From positions 74,516 to 138,515 of the forward strand of contig OY776562.1 of NCBI GenBank assembly GCA_963675785.1: a stretch of DNA of 64,000 bases, read 5' to 3'. The position numbers were made by a program, and so were the translations under genes. Under the pieces are notes generated by a model. The model was not told the origin of the DNA and did no database searches. It was given only the letters and a program-made list of their open reading frames with translations. The DNA is from Anaerolineae bacterium. Its GTDB lineage: Bacteria; Chloroflexota; Anaerolineae; UBA1429. Shown piece after piece: positions 42,308 to 51,468 of the stretch; the stretch's first letter is position 1; each line of letters begins with the position of its first letter.

Positions 42308-44065
42308 ATGAAGAGCCTGTGGCGTTCGCTGCGTTACCTAAAGCCTTATTGGCTTTTGGCGTTGGCGACACTGATCACTCTGTTTATCTCTGTTGGCGGC
42401 ATGTTGGCCATACCATCATTTGCTCAGCGCCTTGTCGATGAGGGCATCAACGGCGGTGATTTGAATGCTGTTTGGCGCTGGATGACGTTCATGATCATTG
42501 GTGCCATCATCTATGGCGTTTTTGCATTCTTGCAAGGCGCTCTGGCCGCACGGACGGCGCAAGGTGTGGCGTATGATCTGCGCAACGATGTCTATGAAAA
42601 GATTCAATCGCTGTCCTTTAGTTACCATGATAAATCACAGACCGGGCAACTGCTGACACGGGCGACCTCGGATGTGGATCGGGTACGCATGTTTGTGGGC
42701 AGCGGGGCCGTGCAATTCATTAGCGCCATCGTCATCATGGTTGGCACTCTGATGCTCATCTTTTCGGTGAACGCTCGGCTTTCGCTCATCATGGTAGCAG
42801 CCATGCCCTTAACCTTTGGCGTATTTTGGGCCTTTTCTCGGGCGGCCATGCCCCTGTTTAGAACCATCCAGGAGCGTTTGGGCGTGCTCAATACCATTTT
42901 GCAGGAAAATCTGGCCGGTGTGCGCGTTGTCAAGGCTTTTGTTCGTCATGATTATGAGATTGAGCGTTTTGCCGCGGCCAATACGGATTATTACGACGTC
43001 AACGTAGAGGTCAACAACATTCTTTCGCTGGCCTTTCCCACAGTGTTTGGCATTTCTAACCTCATCACATTGTTCGTCTATCTTTTTGGGGGACAGCAGG
43101 TCATTGGCGGGATATTGACCACTGGCGAACTGGTGGCTTTTGCCAGTTACGTGCTGATGGCTTTTTTCCCAGTGCTGCAGTTGGGCATGATCATCGCCAT
43201 GGTTTCGCAAGCAGCTGCCTCGGGTGAACGCGTATTCGAGATTCTCGATGCGCGCTCCGAAGTCGAAGAAAAATCGGGTGCTGTCGAATTGCCACAGGTT
43301 GAGGGCCGGGTGAGTTTCGAGGACGTGACCTTTCGCTATGTTTCTAGCGGCGATCCAGTTTTGTGCGGCATTACGCTGGAGGCAGAACCGGGACAGATGG
43401 TGGCTCTGCTGGGTTCTACTGGTTCTGGCAAGTCAACCATCATCAATCTCATCCCTCGCTTTTACGATGTGACAGAAGGGCGCATTCTGATCGATGGCTA
43501 TGACATTCGCGAAGTCACCATCGAGTCGTTACGCCGGCAGATTGGCATTGTGCTGCAAGAGACAAACCTGTTTGAAGGTTCTGTACGCGACAACATTGCC
43601 TTTGGCAGACCTAATGCTTCGCTAGAAGAGGTTATCGCGGCGGCTCGAGCGGCTGAGGCTGACGAGTTTATCACAGCGTTTGAACATGGCTATGACACCC
43701 GTGTTGGCGAGCGTGGAACAACACTTTCGGGTGGCCAAAAGCAGCGTATTGCCATCGCACGCGCGCTTATGCTGGATCCAAGAATTCTCATTCTCGATGA
43801 TGCTACTTCTAGCGTTGATCTATCTACTGAGCTGCGTATTCAAAAAGCGTTGGACAGGCTGATGGCAGGAAGGACCAGTTTCGTCATTGCTCAGCGAGTG
43901 GCTACAGTGCTGAATGCCGATCAAATTCTAGTGCTCGACGGTGGGCGCATCGCGGCCAAGGGTACTCATGAAGAGCTGCTGAGGGATAGCGAGTTGTACG
44001 CCGAGATTTATAGCTCGCAGCTTCAGCGGCCAGAAGATAATAGCGACGCGGAGGTCATGCGATGA
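42308..44065 (+). CDS. ABC exporter subunit (TMD-NBD half-transporter) with a non-canonical Walker B (LILDDATS)
   Basis: Six TM helices, Walker A GSTGSGKST, canonical signature LSGGQKQRIAIARAL, and Walker B followed by Asp instead of the catalytic Glu. Its ATG immediately follows the helicase stop. Confidence 0.85.
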   Translation: MKSLWRSLRYLKPYWLLALATLITLFISVGGMLAIPSFAQRLVDEGINGGDLNAVWRWMTFMIIGAIIYGVFAFLQGALAARTAQGVAYDLRNDVYEKIQSLSFSYHDKSQTGQLLTRATSDVDRVRMFVGSGAVQFISAIVIMVGTLMLIFSVNARLSLIMVAAMPLTFGVFWAFSRAAMPLFRTIQERLGVLNTILQENLAGVRVVKAFVRHDYEIERFAAANTDYYDVNVEVNNILSLAFPTVFGISNLITLFVYLFGGQQVIGGILTTGELVAFASYVLMAFFPVLQLGMIIAMVSQAAASGERVFEILDARSEVEEKSGAVELPQVEGRVSFEDVTFRYVSSGDPVLCGITLEAEPGQMVALLGSTGSGKSTIINLIPRFYDVTEGRILIDGYDIREVTIESLRRQIGIVLQETNLFEGSVRDNIAFGRPNASLEEVIAAARAAEADEFITAFEHGYDTRVGERGTTLSGGQKQRIAIARALMLDPRILILDDATSSVDLSTELRIQKALDRLMAGRTSFVIAQRVATVLNADQILVLDGGRIAAKGTHEELLRDSELYAEIYSSQLQRPEDNSDAEVMR

Positions 44066-45900
44066 GCTTTCGGAGTGATGTACGACACGCCTCGAACTCT
44101 TCACATGTAATAAGGCGTTTGTGGCACTATTTCTCGCCTTTTTGGAAGAGATTGGTCGCCCTGTTTTTGCTTTTGATCGTCAGCACTGTGGCTGAAGTTG
44201 CTTCGCCGTATCTCATCGGTGTGGCCTTGGATGGTTTTATCGACCCTGGGTTGGTTGATCTGCCCGGCTGGTTGCTATGGTTGGCAGGTGGAGATCCTAC
44301 TCGGATCGAGGGCCTAGCTATTACGGCAGCCTGTCTTGGCGGCGTATACGCCATAAGCTGGCTGATGAGTGTGGTTCAATTCAGGCTGATGGTACGCATG
44401 TCTCAGCGAGTACTGTTAGATTTGCGAGCAGACATTTTCGACAAAGTACAGCGGCTTTCCCTCTCTTTCTTTGATACCCATGAAGCCGGCGACCTGATGA
44501 GCCGGCTGATCAATGATACACGCGTAATCAATGATGTGTTTGGGCCAGGCATTATGCGCATGCTGCGTATGGCTATGGGCATGACGGGCATTTTGGCCAC
44601 CATGTTCACGCTCAGCTGGCAGCTTTCGCTGGCTTCATTCGCACTGGTTCCTTTTGTGCTGGTACTTACGGTGGTGCTTTCACGCCGAGTGCGTACTGCC
44701 TATCGTGTAACCCGCAAGACCGTGGGTGATGTGAGCGCTGAGCTTCAAGAGAACATCTCTGGCGTGCGTGAGGTGCAGGCTTTTGCCCGTGAGAATGAGA
44801 CTTTTGAAGAGTTTCGTGCGGTCAATGCCCGTAACCGCGAAGCGAATGTGCGTGCTGAAACCATCATGGCCGGATTCGGTCCTGCGCTCAGTGTGCTGAG
44901 CACCGTGGCCCAGGCCATGGTGGCCGGTATCGGTGGCTATCTTGTACTAGGTTTTGACCCACCCATAGTTTCCATCGGTTTGATCGTCTCGTTTGTTACC
45001 TATGTGGATCGCTTTTATTCGCCCATCCGCGAGATCGCTCAATTGTGGGGTCAGTTCCAATCGGCCATTGCCGGTGCAGAACGCATTTTTGAGCTGCTCG
45101 ATGAGCCAGAGACCGTGAAGGATGCGCCGGATGCTGTTGAGCTAGGATCAATTCAGGGGCAAATCGCTTATGACGGCATTTGCTTCTCTTATGTCCCCGA
45201 AGAGCCTGTGCTGCAGGATGTCTCGCTCAAGATCGAACCGGGGCAAACAGTGGCTTTTGTGGGGCCCACTGGTGCTGGCAAGACCACTATGGTCAACCTG
45301 CTCATGCGTTTTTATGATGTGTGCGGCGGGGCGGTTCGAGTGGATGGTCATGATGTGCGTAAAGTAACGCTGGCCAGCTTGCGTTCGCAGATCGGCATTG
45401 TGCTGCAGGATACTTTTCTCTTTTCCGGCACGGTGATGGATAATTTGCGTTACGGCCGACTGGATGCCACTGATGACGAAGTGGTGGAAGCGGCGCGAGT
45501 GGCCAACGCCCACGCCTTTATCGAGCGCTTGCCCGAAGGTTATCAGACCTTGATCGGCGAGCGCGGCTCCAATTTGAGCCAGGGCAATCGGCAATTGCTC
45601 TCCATCGCTCGCGCGGTACTCAATAATCCGCGAATTTTGGTGCTAGACGAGGCCACCAGCTCGGTGGATACGCGCACAGAGCTACTCATCCAAGACGCGC
45701 TCTCGCGCTTGCTGGATGGCCGTACCAGTCTGGTTATCGCCCATCGCCTCAGCACCATTCGCAGTGCAGATCTCATTGCCGTGATCAAAGGGGGACGCAT
45801 TATCGAATCGGGCAAGCATCAGGAATTGTTGGCCCAGGACGGTGTTTACCACGAGTTGTACATGAGCCAGTTTCGCCGTGAGACTGACGAACCTGCCTAG
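44062..45900 (+). CDS. ABC exporter subunit (TMD-NBD half-transporter) with a degenerate signature motif (LSQGNRQ)
   Basis: Walker A GPTGAGKTT, Walker B LVLDEATS (catalytic Glu present), and a degenerate C-loop LSQGNRQLLSIARA. It overlaps its partner by 4 nt. Confidence 0.85.
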   Translation: MSFRSDVRHASNSSHVIRRLWHYFSPFWKRLVALFLLLIVSTVAEVASPYLIGVALDGFIDPGLVDLPGWLLWLAGGDPTRIEGLAITAACLGGVYAISWLMSVVQFRLMVRMSQRVLLDLRADIFDKVQRLSLSFFDTHEAGDLMSRLINDTRVINDVFGPGIMRMLRMAMGMTGILATMFTLSWQLSLASFALVPFVLVLTVVLSRRVRTAYRVTRKTVGDVSAELQENISGVREVQAFARENETFEEFRAVNARNREANVRAETIMAGFGPALSVLSTVAQAMVAGIGGYLVLGFDPPIVSIGLIVSFVTYVDRFYSPIREIAQLWGQFQSAIAGAERIFELLDEPETVKDAPDAVELGSIQGQIAYDGICFSYVPEEPVLQDVSLKIEPGQTVAFVGPTGAGKTTMVNLLMRFYDVCGGAVRVDGHDVRKVTLASLRSQIGIVLQDTFLFSGTVMDNLRYGRLDATDDEVVEAARVANAHAFIERLPEGYQTLIGERGSNLSQGNRQLLSIARAVLNNPRILVLDEATSSVDTRTELLIQDALSRLLDGRTSLVIAHRLSTIRSADLIAVIKGGRIIESGKHQELLAQDGVYHELYMSQFRRETDEPA

Positions 45901-46712
45901 AGCTGGGCACCCCATTCTTGTTGCAGGCGGCGTACGCTGTATAGCATGCCCAGAGGCAGCCCACCTGCGATGATTTCAAAGGTGAGCAGTTCCTCATAGC
46001 GAATGTCTTTGAGGGCGGACAGAAAAGCTTCCCAATCGATAGTTCCACGGCCAAGGCGTAGGTGTTCGTCGTTCTGGCCGTGGTTATCGTGAATATGAAT
46101 GTTCAGCAAATCCGCGCCAGCGGCACGCACCTCATCAGCGAGGTTGAGGCCGCTGGCGTGTGTGTGTCCTGTATCTAAACAAATGCCCATCACATCACGA
46201 TGTGGCGCAATAAAGGTTTTTACTTCCGCAATGGTCGTAGCGGGGCGGGCTGGGTTTCTACTGGGCATGTTTTCCAGAGCCAGTTTGAGGCCTAACCTGC
46301 GTGCTTCCTCGGCCAGTACGGCCATCGATGCCTTGGTTCGCTCACAATCTTGAGCACGTGTTCCTTCTAGATACTCGGCTTTATCGCGATTGGGGTGCAC
46401 CACCACGACGCGCGCGCCCAACTCGGCACATTGCCGCAGTGAGGCCAACCCTGTTTCTAGAGCGATGCGCCACAAATCTTTATCTTCGGCGGCCATGTCC
46501 CAGGCAGCTTGGGCGATATGCACCGAATCATAGCGGATGCCGGCCGTATCCAGCTCTATCTTTAGCGCTTTGGGGTTATCAATCCATCCATCCAGAGCAT
46601 CCGGATAAGCACCCGGTTCGATGCGTTGGATGCCCATTTTCTTGAATATCTTGATAGCCATACTGCGCCTGAGTGCATGGAATCCGCCTGTTGCCATGCC
46701 AAAGTTTGTCAT
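45897..46712 (-). CDS. Sugar phosphate isomerase/epimerase (xylose-isomerase-like TIM barrel)
   Basis: AP_endonuc_2-type pattern (ENMPS..., GICLDTGH, HIHDNHGQNDEHL). A GAGGGGGATGAG RBS precedes the ATG. Confidence 0.7.
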   Translation of the reverse strand: MTNFGMATGGFHALRRSMAIKIFKKMGIQRIEPGAYPDALDGWIDNPKALKIELDTAGIRYDSVHIAQAAWDMAAEDKDLWRIALETGLASLRQCAELGARVVVVHPNRDKAEYLEGTRAQDCERTKASMAVLAEEARRLGLKLALENMPSRNPARPATTIAEVKTFIAPHRDVMGICLDTGHTHASGLNLADEVRAAGADLLNIHIHDNHGQNDEHLRLGRGTIDWEAFLSALKDIRYEELLTFEIIAGGLPLGMLYSVRRLQQEWGAQL

Positions 46713-46920
46713 AATTGTCTCATCCCCCTCTACATTAGGGTCACATTATATATAACCTGGTGAGAATGGGTATTTCAACGGATGCTTCTCAGTTTTTATC
46801 CTGTTGACATAAGATAAGACCATCTGCTATGATAAGAGTGTTGATGAGACAAACTTTCAATTGCCCTGTGGTATCTTGGGCAATTGATATCGTGTTTGTT
46901 TTGATAACAAGGAGGTTATC

Positions 46921-47079
46921 ATGGCAGAGTATTCAGTAACTTGTCCGGCGTGCGGTGGCACGCTTCACGCTCATAGCGAGGCCGAGATCATCAAAATGAC
47001 CAAGGAACATGCCAAGGAGCACCACGATATGGTGCTGACGGACGACAAAGTCAAAGAGATGATTCAAAAGAGTAAATAG
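46921..47079 (+). CDS. DUF1059-family small protein (52 aa), absent from the ORF track
   Basis: ATG 7 nt after AAGGAGG; MAEYSVTCPACGGTLHAHSEAEIIKMTKEHAKEHHDMVLTDDKVKEMIQKSK matches the DUF1059 pattern (the C..C.. and EHAKE.H segments). Confidence 0.5.
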   Translation: MAEYSVTCPACGGTLHAHSEAEIIKMTKEHAKEHHDMVLTDDKVKEMIQKSK

Positions 47080-47092
47080 AAAAACTCATGAA

Positions 47093-47134
47093 ACAGAGTG
47101 GGGCAGCAAGCGATAGCGGGCTGCCCCACTCTGT
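47093..47134 (+). terminator. Perfect 15-bp inverted repeat ACAGAGTGGGGCAGC-N12-GCTGCCCCACTCTGT followed by TTTAT
   Basis: Read from the sequence between the DUF1059 ORF and the flavoprotein gene. It is a candidate terminator or regulatory hairpin. Confidence 0.45.
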
Positions 47135-47155
47135 TTATATAGAGGAGGTATTTGC

Positions 47156-48532
47156 ATGGTTGTCAAGCATTATGATGTCATCGTCGTTGGGTCGGGCAGT
47201 GGGGCAGCGATTGTAGATGCGGCTTTGTCTCATGATATGTCTGTCGCACTTGTGGAAAAGGATCAGCCTGGGGGCACTTGCCCCAATGTGGGGTGTATCC
47301 CCTCTAAAATGCTGGTTGCTCCGGCAGATCGGGTGATGGAGATCGAAGAGGCGCGCAATATGGGGCTTGTGGCTAGCGTTGAGCGAGTTGATTGGCCGGC
47401 TATCATGGGCCGTATGCGCGATGTGCGGCGAGAGAATCAGGAGCATATGCAAGATGCTCTGAACCATGCACCTAGCCTGGATTATTATCACGGCATAGCC
47501 CACTTTATCGACAAGGCAACGCTAGAGGTGGATGGAACCCATCTGAGCGGCAAAACGATCTATCTGGTGGCTGGTGTTCGCCCTTCCATTCCGCCCATCG
47601 AGGGTCTCGACAAGGTCGATTATTTGACCAACGAGAATGTGTTCGACCTCGAAGAACAACCTCGTTCCATCATCATTGTGGGCGGTGGCTATATTGCCAG
47701 TGAGTTTGCCCACTTTTTTGCGGCTATGGGCACACGCGTCACTATCGTGGGGCGTAACACGCGCCTTGTGCCACAAGAGGATACAGAGGTTTCTGAGCTG
47801 CTTAAAGAGCGTTTGAGCGAACGGATGCTGATCCATACCCATGCCGAAGCAATCCGCGTGGTTCGCTCTGGAACTGAGCTCATCCTTACCGCTCGCGACC
47901 TCGATAACTGTCAAACCTTTGAGGCTCATGGCGAGGCCTTGTTAGTTGCTGCTGGGCGCACCTCGAATGCGGATCTGCTCGAGGTGGAAAAAGCAGGTGT
48001 AAGGGTTGACAGGCACGGTTTTATTCAAGTGGACAAGTATTTACGGACTAGCAATCCTAATATCTGGACTTTTGGCGACATTACCGGGCGGCATATGTAC
48101 AAGCACGCGGCCAATCGCGAGGCCATTTATGCCTGGCATAATAGCCAAAATGAGGAAAAGGTGGCCATGCATTTTGGCGCTATGCCCAGCGCGGTATTTA
48201 CTTGGCCTCAGATTGCTTCTATAGGTCTGCGGGAGAAGGATATTCGTCCGGATCAGCACGTGCATATCGGACGAGCCTATTATGCCGATGTTGCCAAGGG
48301 TATGGCCATGGGTGTGCAGTACGGCTTTGCCAAGGCACTGGTGGATGGCAAAAGCGGACGAATTCTGGGTTTCCATATCATTGGTCCAGAGGCATCCACA
48401 CTGATTCAAGAAGTGATCAACGTCATGGCCAGACGTGGCACGGTGGAGGATATTGATGCCGGTTTACATATTCACCCGGCTATGCCCGAACTGGTTCTGA
48501 CGGCATTGGGGAATGCCATGCATATTCACTGA
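47156..48532 (+). CDS. Class I pyridine nucleotide-disulfide oxidoreductase (dihydrolipoyl dehydrogenase / mycothione-reductase family)
   Basis: FAD motif VIVVGSGSGA, redox-active disulfide GGTCPNVGCIPSK, NAD motif IIVGGGYIASEFA, and C-terminal HIHPAMPE. AGGAGG RBS. Confidence 0.8.
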   Translation: MVVKHYDVIVVGSGSGAAIVDAALSHDMSVALVEKDQPGGTCPNVGCIPSKMLVAPADRVMEIEEARNMGLVASVERVDWPAIMGRMRDVRRENQEHMQDALNHAPSLDYYHGIAHFIDKATLEVDGTHLSGKTIYLVAGVRPSIPPIEGLDKVDYLTNENVFDLEEQPRSIIIVGGGYIASEFAHFFAAMGTRVTIVGRNTRLVPQEDTEVSELLKERLSERMLIHTHAEAIRVVRSGTELILTARDLDNCQTFEAHGEALLVAAGRTSNADLLEVEKAGVRVDRHGFIQVDKYLRTSNPNIWTFGDITGRHMYKHAANREAIYAWHNSQNEEKVAMHFGAMPSAVFTWPQIASIGLREKDIRPDQHVHIGRAYYADVAKGMAMGVQYGFAKALVDGKSGRILGFHIIGPEASTLIQEVINVMARRGTVEDIDAGLHIHPAMPELVLTALGNAMHIH

Positions 48533-49001
48533 GGGTAGAGTGTTTTGTGCGAGGTTGTAGTAGCTCTATTTATTGTCAACGAGCACATGCTGAAACGATT
48601 TTTTGAGCATATCTACATCCACGCGGTCAGCCTATTGATCAGAAGCAGGATATATTGGCCTTGTGTTGCCCAATCTGGTCAATATATCTGCGTAGGTCTT
48701 GCTAAGATAAGATTACGTTTGCGTGGAAAAAGCCTAGCTGGAACCATTCACTCTGGCGGCTGGTTGCATAGATAAAGGGGTTAGAACCAAACCCATGATA
48801 TTGTCACTCCACATAGCGGGCTCTTGCCTAGAATATGCGCACCAGCGCTAGAATCGCCTAGCTGTCTCAGCGTTTTTGCTCGTCGGCGTCAATATGAATA
48901 AAGGCCTCGGACCGGCTTTATTCTTTTGAGTTGACACACTGCTTGCGCCCAATTGTCGGGTAGCATCAAAGACTTGATCGGGGTGTTGCAATAAAGAGAA
49001 G

Positions 49002-49084
49002 TAGGGCGGGAGGGGGTCGAACCCTCACGGTGTTACCACCAGCGGATTTTAAGTCCGAAGCGTCTGCCATTTCGCCACCGCCCC
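49002..49084 (-). tRNA. tRNA-Leu (anticodon UAA)
   Basis: Folded by hand from the minus strand. The acceptor stem is GGGGCGG/CCGCCCU, the D-stem is 3 bp, the anticodon loop is CUUAAAA (U33, UAA, A37), a long variable arm is present, and the T-loop is GGTTCGA. No CCA is encoded. Confidence 0.8.
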
Positions 49085-49195
49085 ATGAACTCTATGTTAG
49101 GTCTTGGCGCCTCTGATGTCAAAAGAGCAGTGCCCCAAGTTGGCGGGTGAGTATCGTCTCGCTAGAATAGGTAAACATTGTGTTGGAGGTAGCGA

Positions 49196-50335
49196 GTGCG
49201 CGTTCTTCTGGTTTCCAAGGCTTGTGTGGTAGGCGCCTATCAAACCAAACTAGAGGCCATTGCCCGTGATCCAGATATCGAGCTGACCGTTGTTGTGCCG
49301 CCTTCTTGGCGGGAGAAAGGGAACACCCTGACGCTGGAGCGCGTTCATACGCAGGGTTATGAACTGCGGATCGAACCCATTCGCTTCAATGGTCAATTTC
49401 ATCTGTTCTATTTCCCGCATCTCGGTCGTTTGATTCGCCAGCTTCGGCCCGATGTTGTTCATATCGACGAAGAGCCGTATAACCTGGCCACCTATTTAGC
49501 TGTTCGTGCGGCTAAACGCAGTGGGGCAAGCGTTGCCGCCTTTACCTGGCAAAACCTCAATCGTGCTTATCCCTGGCCTTTTGCCGGGTTTGAGCGTTAT
49601 GTGTATGCCACCGTGGATGCCATCATTGCCGGCAACCATCAAGCAGTGGATGTGCTGAGAGCCAAGGGTTATATGGGGAGTGCGCCGGTAATTCCTCAGT
49701 TTGGCGTTGATGAACTGCATTTCGCCCCACAGCTTCGTGCATTGCGTCCTTTTACTATTGGCTATGCTGGCCGGCTGGTCGAATCCAAAGGGTTGGACAC
49801 GCTCATGCAGGCACTGGAGTGTCTTACGGGTGACTGGCGGTTGTTAGTGGTTGGTTCGGGGGAGATGGCCACGAATATCGAATCTTGGGCACAAGAACGG
49901 GGGCTGGCTGAACGCATTGAGCTGCGTTCGCGGGTACCTTCCACTGAGATGCCCGAGGTGTATAACGAGATGGATGTGCTGGTGTTGCCTTCACGAACGA
50001 CAACCAACTGGATGGAACAGTTTGGCCGGGTGCTTACGGAAGCTATGAGTTGTGAGGTGCCGGTGGTGGGCTCAGATTCGGGCGAGATCCCCAATGTAAT
50101 TGGCGATGCTGGCCTAATATTCCCCGAAGGGGATGCTGCTGGATTGGCCGAGCGCTTGCAGCGACTAAAGAGTGATCGTTTATTTGCCGATTCGTTAGGC
50201 CATGCCGGGCGGGAGCGTGTTTTGCAATATTATACCCAGGATAGTATTGCACGGCAGACTGCGGCTGTCTATCGCGGCTTGAACGAAGCCAGCGGCCTTG
50301 TTGGTCTGGATGAACGTGGTATAATCGCCTCGTGA
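49196..50335 (+). CDS. Glycosyltransferase family 4 (GT-B, GT1 clan)
   Basis: C-terminal E..(7)E motif region (VLVLPSRTTTNWMEQFGRVLTEAMSCEVPVVGSDSGEIP). GTG start with a GGAGG RBS. Confidence 0.8.
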   Translation: MRVLLVSKACVVGAYQTKLEAIARDPDIELTVVVPPSWREKGNTLTLERVHTQGYELRIEPIRFNGQFHLFYFPHLGRLIRQLRPDVVHIDEEPYNLATYLAVRAAKRSGASVAAFTWQNLNRAYPWPFAGFERYVYATVDAIIAGNHQAVDVLRAKGYMGSAPVIPQFGVDELHFAPQLRALRPFTIGYAGRLVESKGLDTLMQALECLTGDWRLLVVGSGEMATNIESWAQERGLAERIELRSRVPSTEMPEVYNEMDVLVLPSRTTTNWMEQFGRVLTEAMSCEVPVVGSDSGEIPNVIGDAGLIFPEGDAAGLAERLQRLKSDRLFADSLGHAGRERVLQYYTQDSIARQTAAVYRGLNEASGLVGLDERGIIAS

Positions 50336-51468
50336 AAAGCTTCCGTGTTGGCTTGAATGCCCATTTGCTATCGCAGAGTCAATCCTATCGACAGGCCGGT
50401 GTGAGTCGTTACATACATGGCCTGCTTGATTATTTGCCACTGGTCGACCCGACGCTCGATTTCCATGCTTATCTTGGCCAGAGCCATGATGCCTTTCTTG
50501 GTTGGACGACGCATCATGCGGCAGATTGGACATCTACGAATCCTGCGGGGCGTATTCTTTGGGAGCAGACTGTGTTACCGGGGCAGACTCAACGCGACCG
50601 ACTGGACCTTCTTCACGTCCCAGTGAATATTGCGCCTTTGTCTCACCACGGGGCCCTAGTAGCAACGATTCACGATCTGACTTTTATGCGCTTTCCAGAA
50701 GCGTTCAAGCCAGAACGCCGTTTTTATCAGACTCAGTTTACGCGTTGTACGGCCAAACGAGCCGACAAGATCATTACGGGCTCTGGTACGAGCTACAATG
50801 ATCTTGTTGAGCTACTGAATGTGCCGCCAGAGCGCATTGCTCTTGTGCCCGATGGCATCGACCCTCGGCTAGCGCGGGCGTCGCAAGCAGAGATCGAACG
50901 GTTTCGTGCTCAAAAAGAGTTGCCGGAGAGATTCTTTCTGTATGTAGGTACGCTTGAACCGCGCAAGAATCTCCCCTTCTTGTTAGAGGCTTATGCGCTG
51001 GCTTGCCGAGAGTTGCCGGCAGGCCACAAGCTGGTTCTGGCCGGAGGCAAAGGTTGGTACTATGAAGCGGTTTATGCGGCTGTAGAGCGCCTCGGCCTGA
51101 GTAAACGGGTTATCTTGCCAGGTTTTGTGCCTGATGAGGAATTAGCACTTTGGTATTCGGCGGCCGAGGTATTTGTTTACGCTTCGCTGTATGAAGGATT
51201 TGGTTTACCTCCGTTGGAGGCTATGGCCTGCGGCACGCCAGCTATTGTCTCTGATACCCCGGCTTTGTGCGAAGTCGTTGCTGATGCGGGATTGATTGTT
51301 GGCACCGGGGATGTTGAGGCTATGGCCAGCGCTATGGTCAGTCTCGATCAGGATTTTGAACTGAGAGCCAGGCTCACTCACGCTTCTTTGAAAAGAGCCA
51401 GCCTCTATTCGTGGGAACGTACTGCCCGAGAGACCGCAGCAGTATACCGCACCATTCTTGGAGAATAA
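50332..51468 (+). CDS. Glycosyltransferase family 4
   Basis: GT4 C-terminal motif (VFVYASLYEGFGLPPLEAMACGTPAIVSDTPALCEVV). The start overlaps the upstream stop. Confidence 0.8.
   Translation: MKSFRVGLNAHLLSQSQSYRQAGVSRYIHGLLDYLPLVDPTLDFHAYLGQSHDAFLGWTTHHAADWTSTNPAGRILWEQTVLPGQTQRDRLDLLHVPVNIAPLSHHGALVATIHDLTFMRFPEAFKPERRFYQTQFTRCTAKRADKIITGSGTSYNDLVELLNVPPERIALVPDGIDPRLARASQAEIERFRAQKELPERFFLYVGTLEPRKNLPFLLEAYALACRELPAGHKLVLAGGKGWYYEAVYAAVERLGLSKRVILPGFVPDEELALWYSAAEVFVYASLYEGFGLPPLEAMACGTPAIVSDTPALCEVVADAGLIVGTGDVEAMASAMVSLDQDFELRARLTHASLKRASLYSWERTARETAAVYRTILGE

Noticed and set aside
48545-48775. 76-aa ORF in the spacer next to the tRNA
   Set aside because: It has no RBS, odd composition and no family resemblance. 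It is probably a non-coding spacer.
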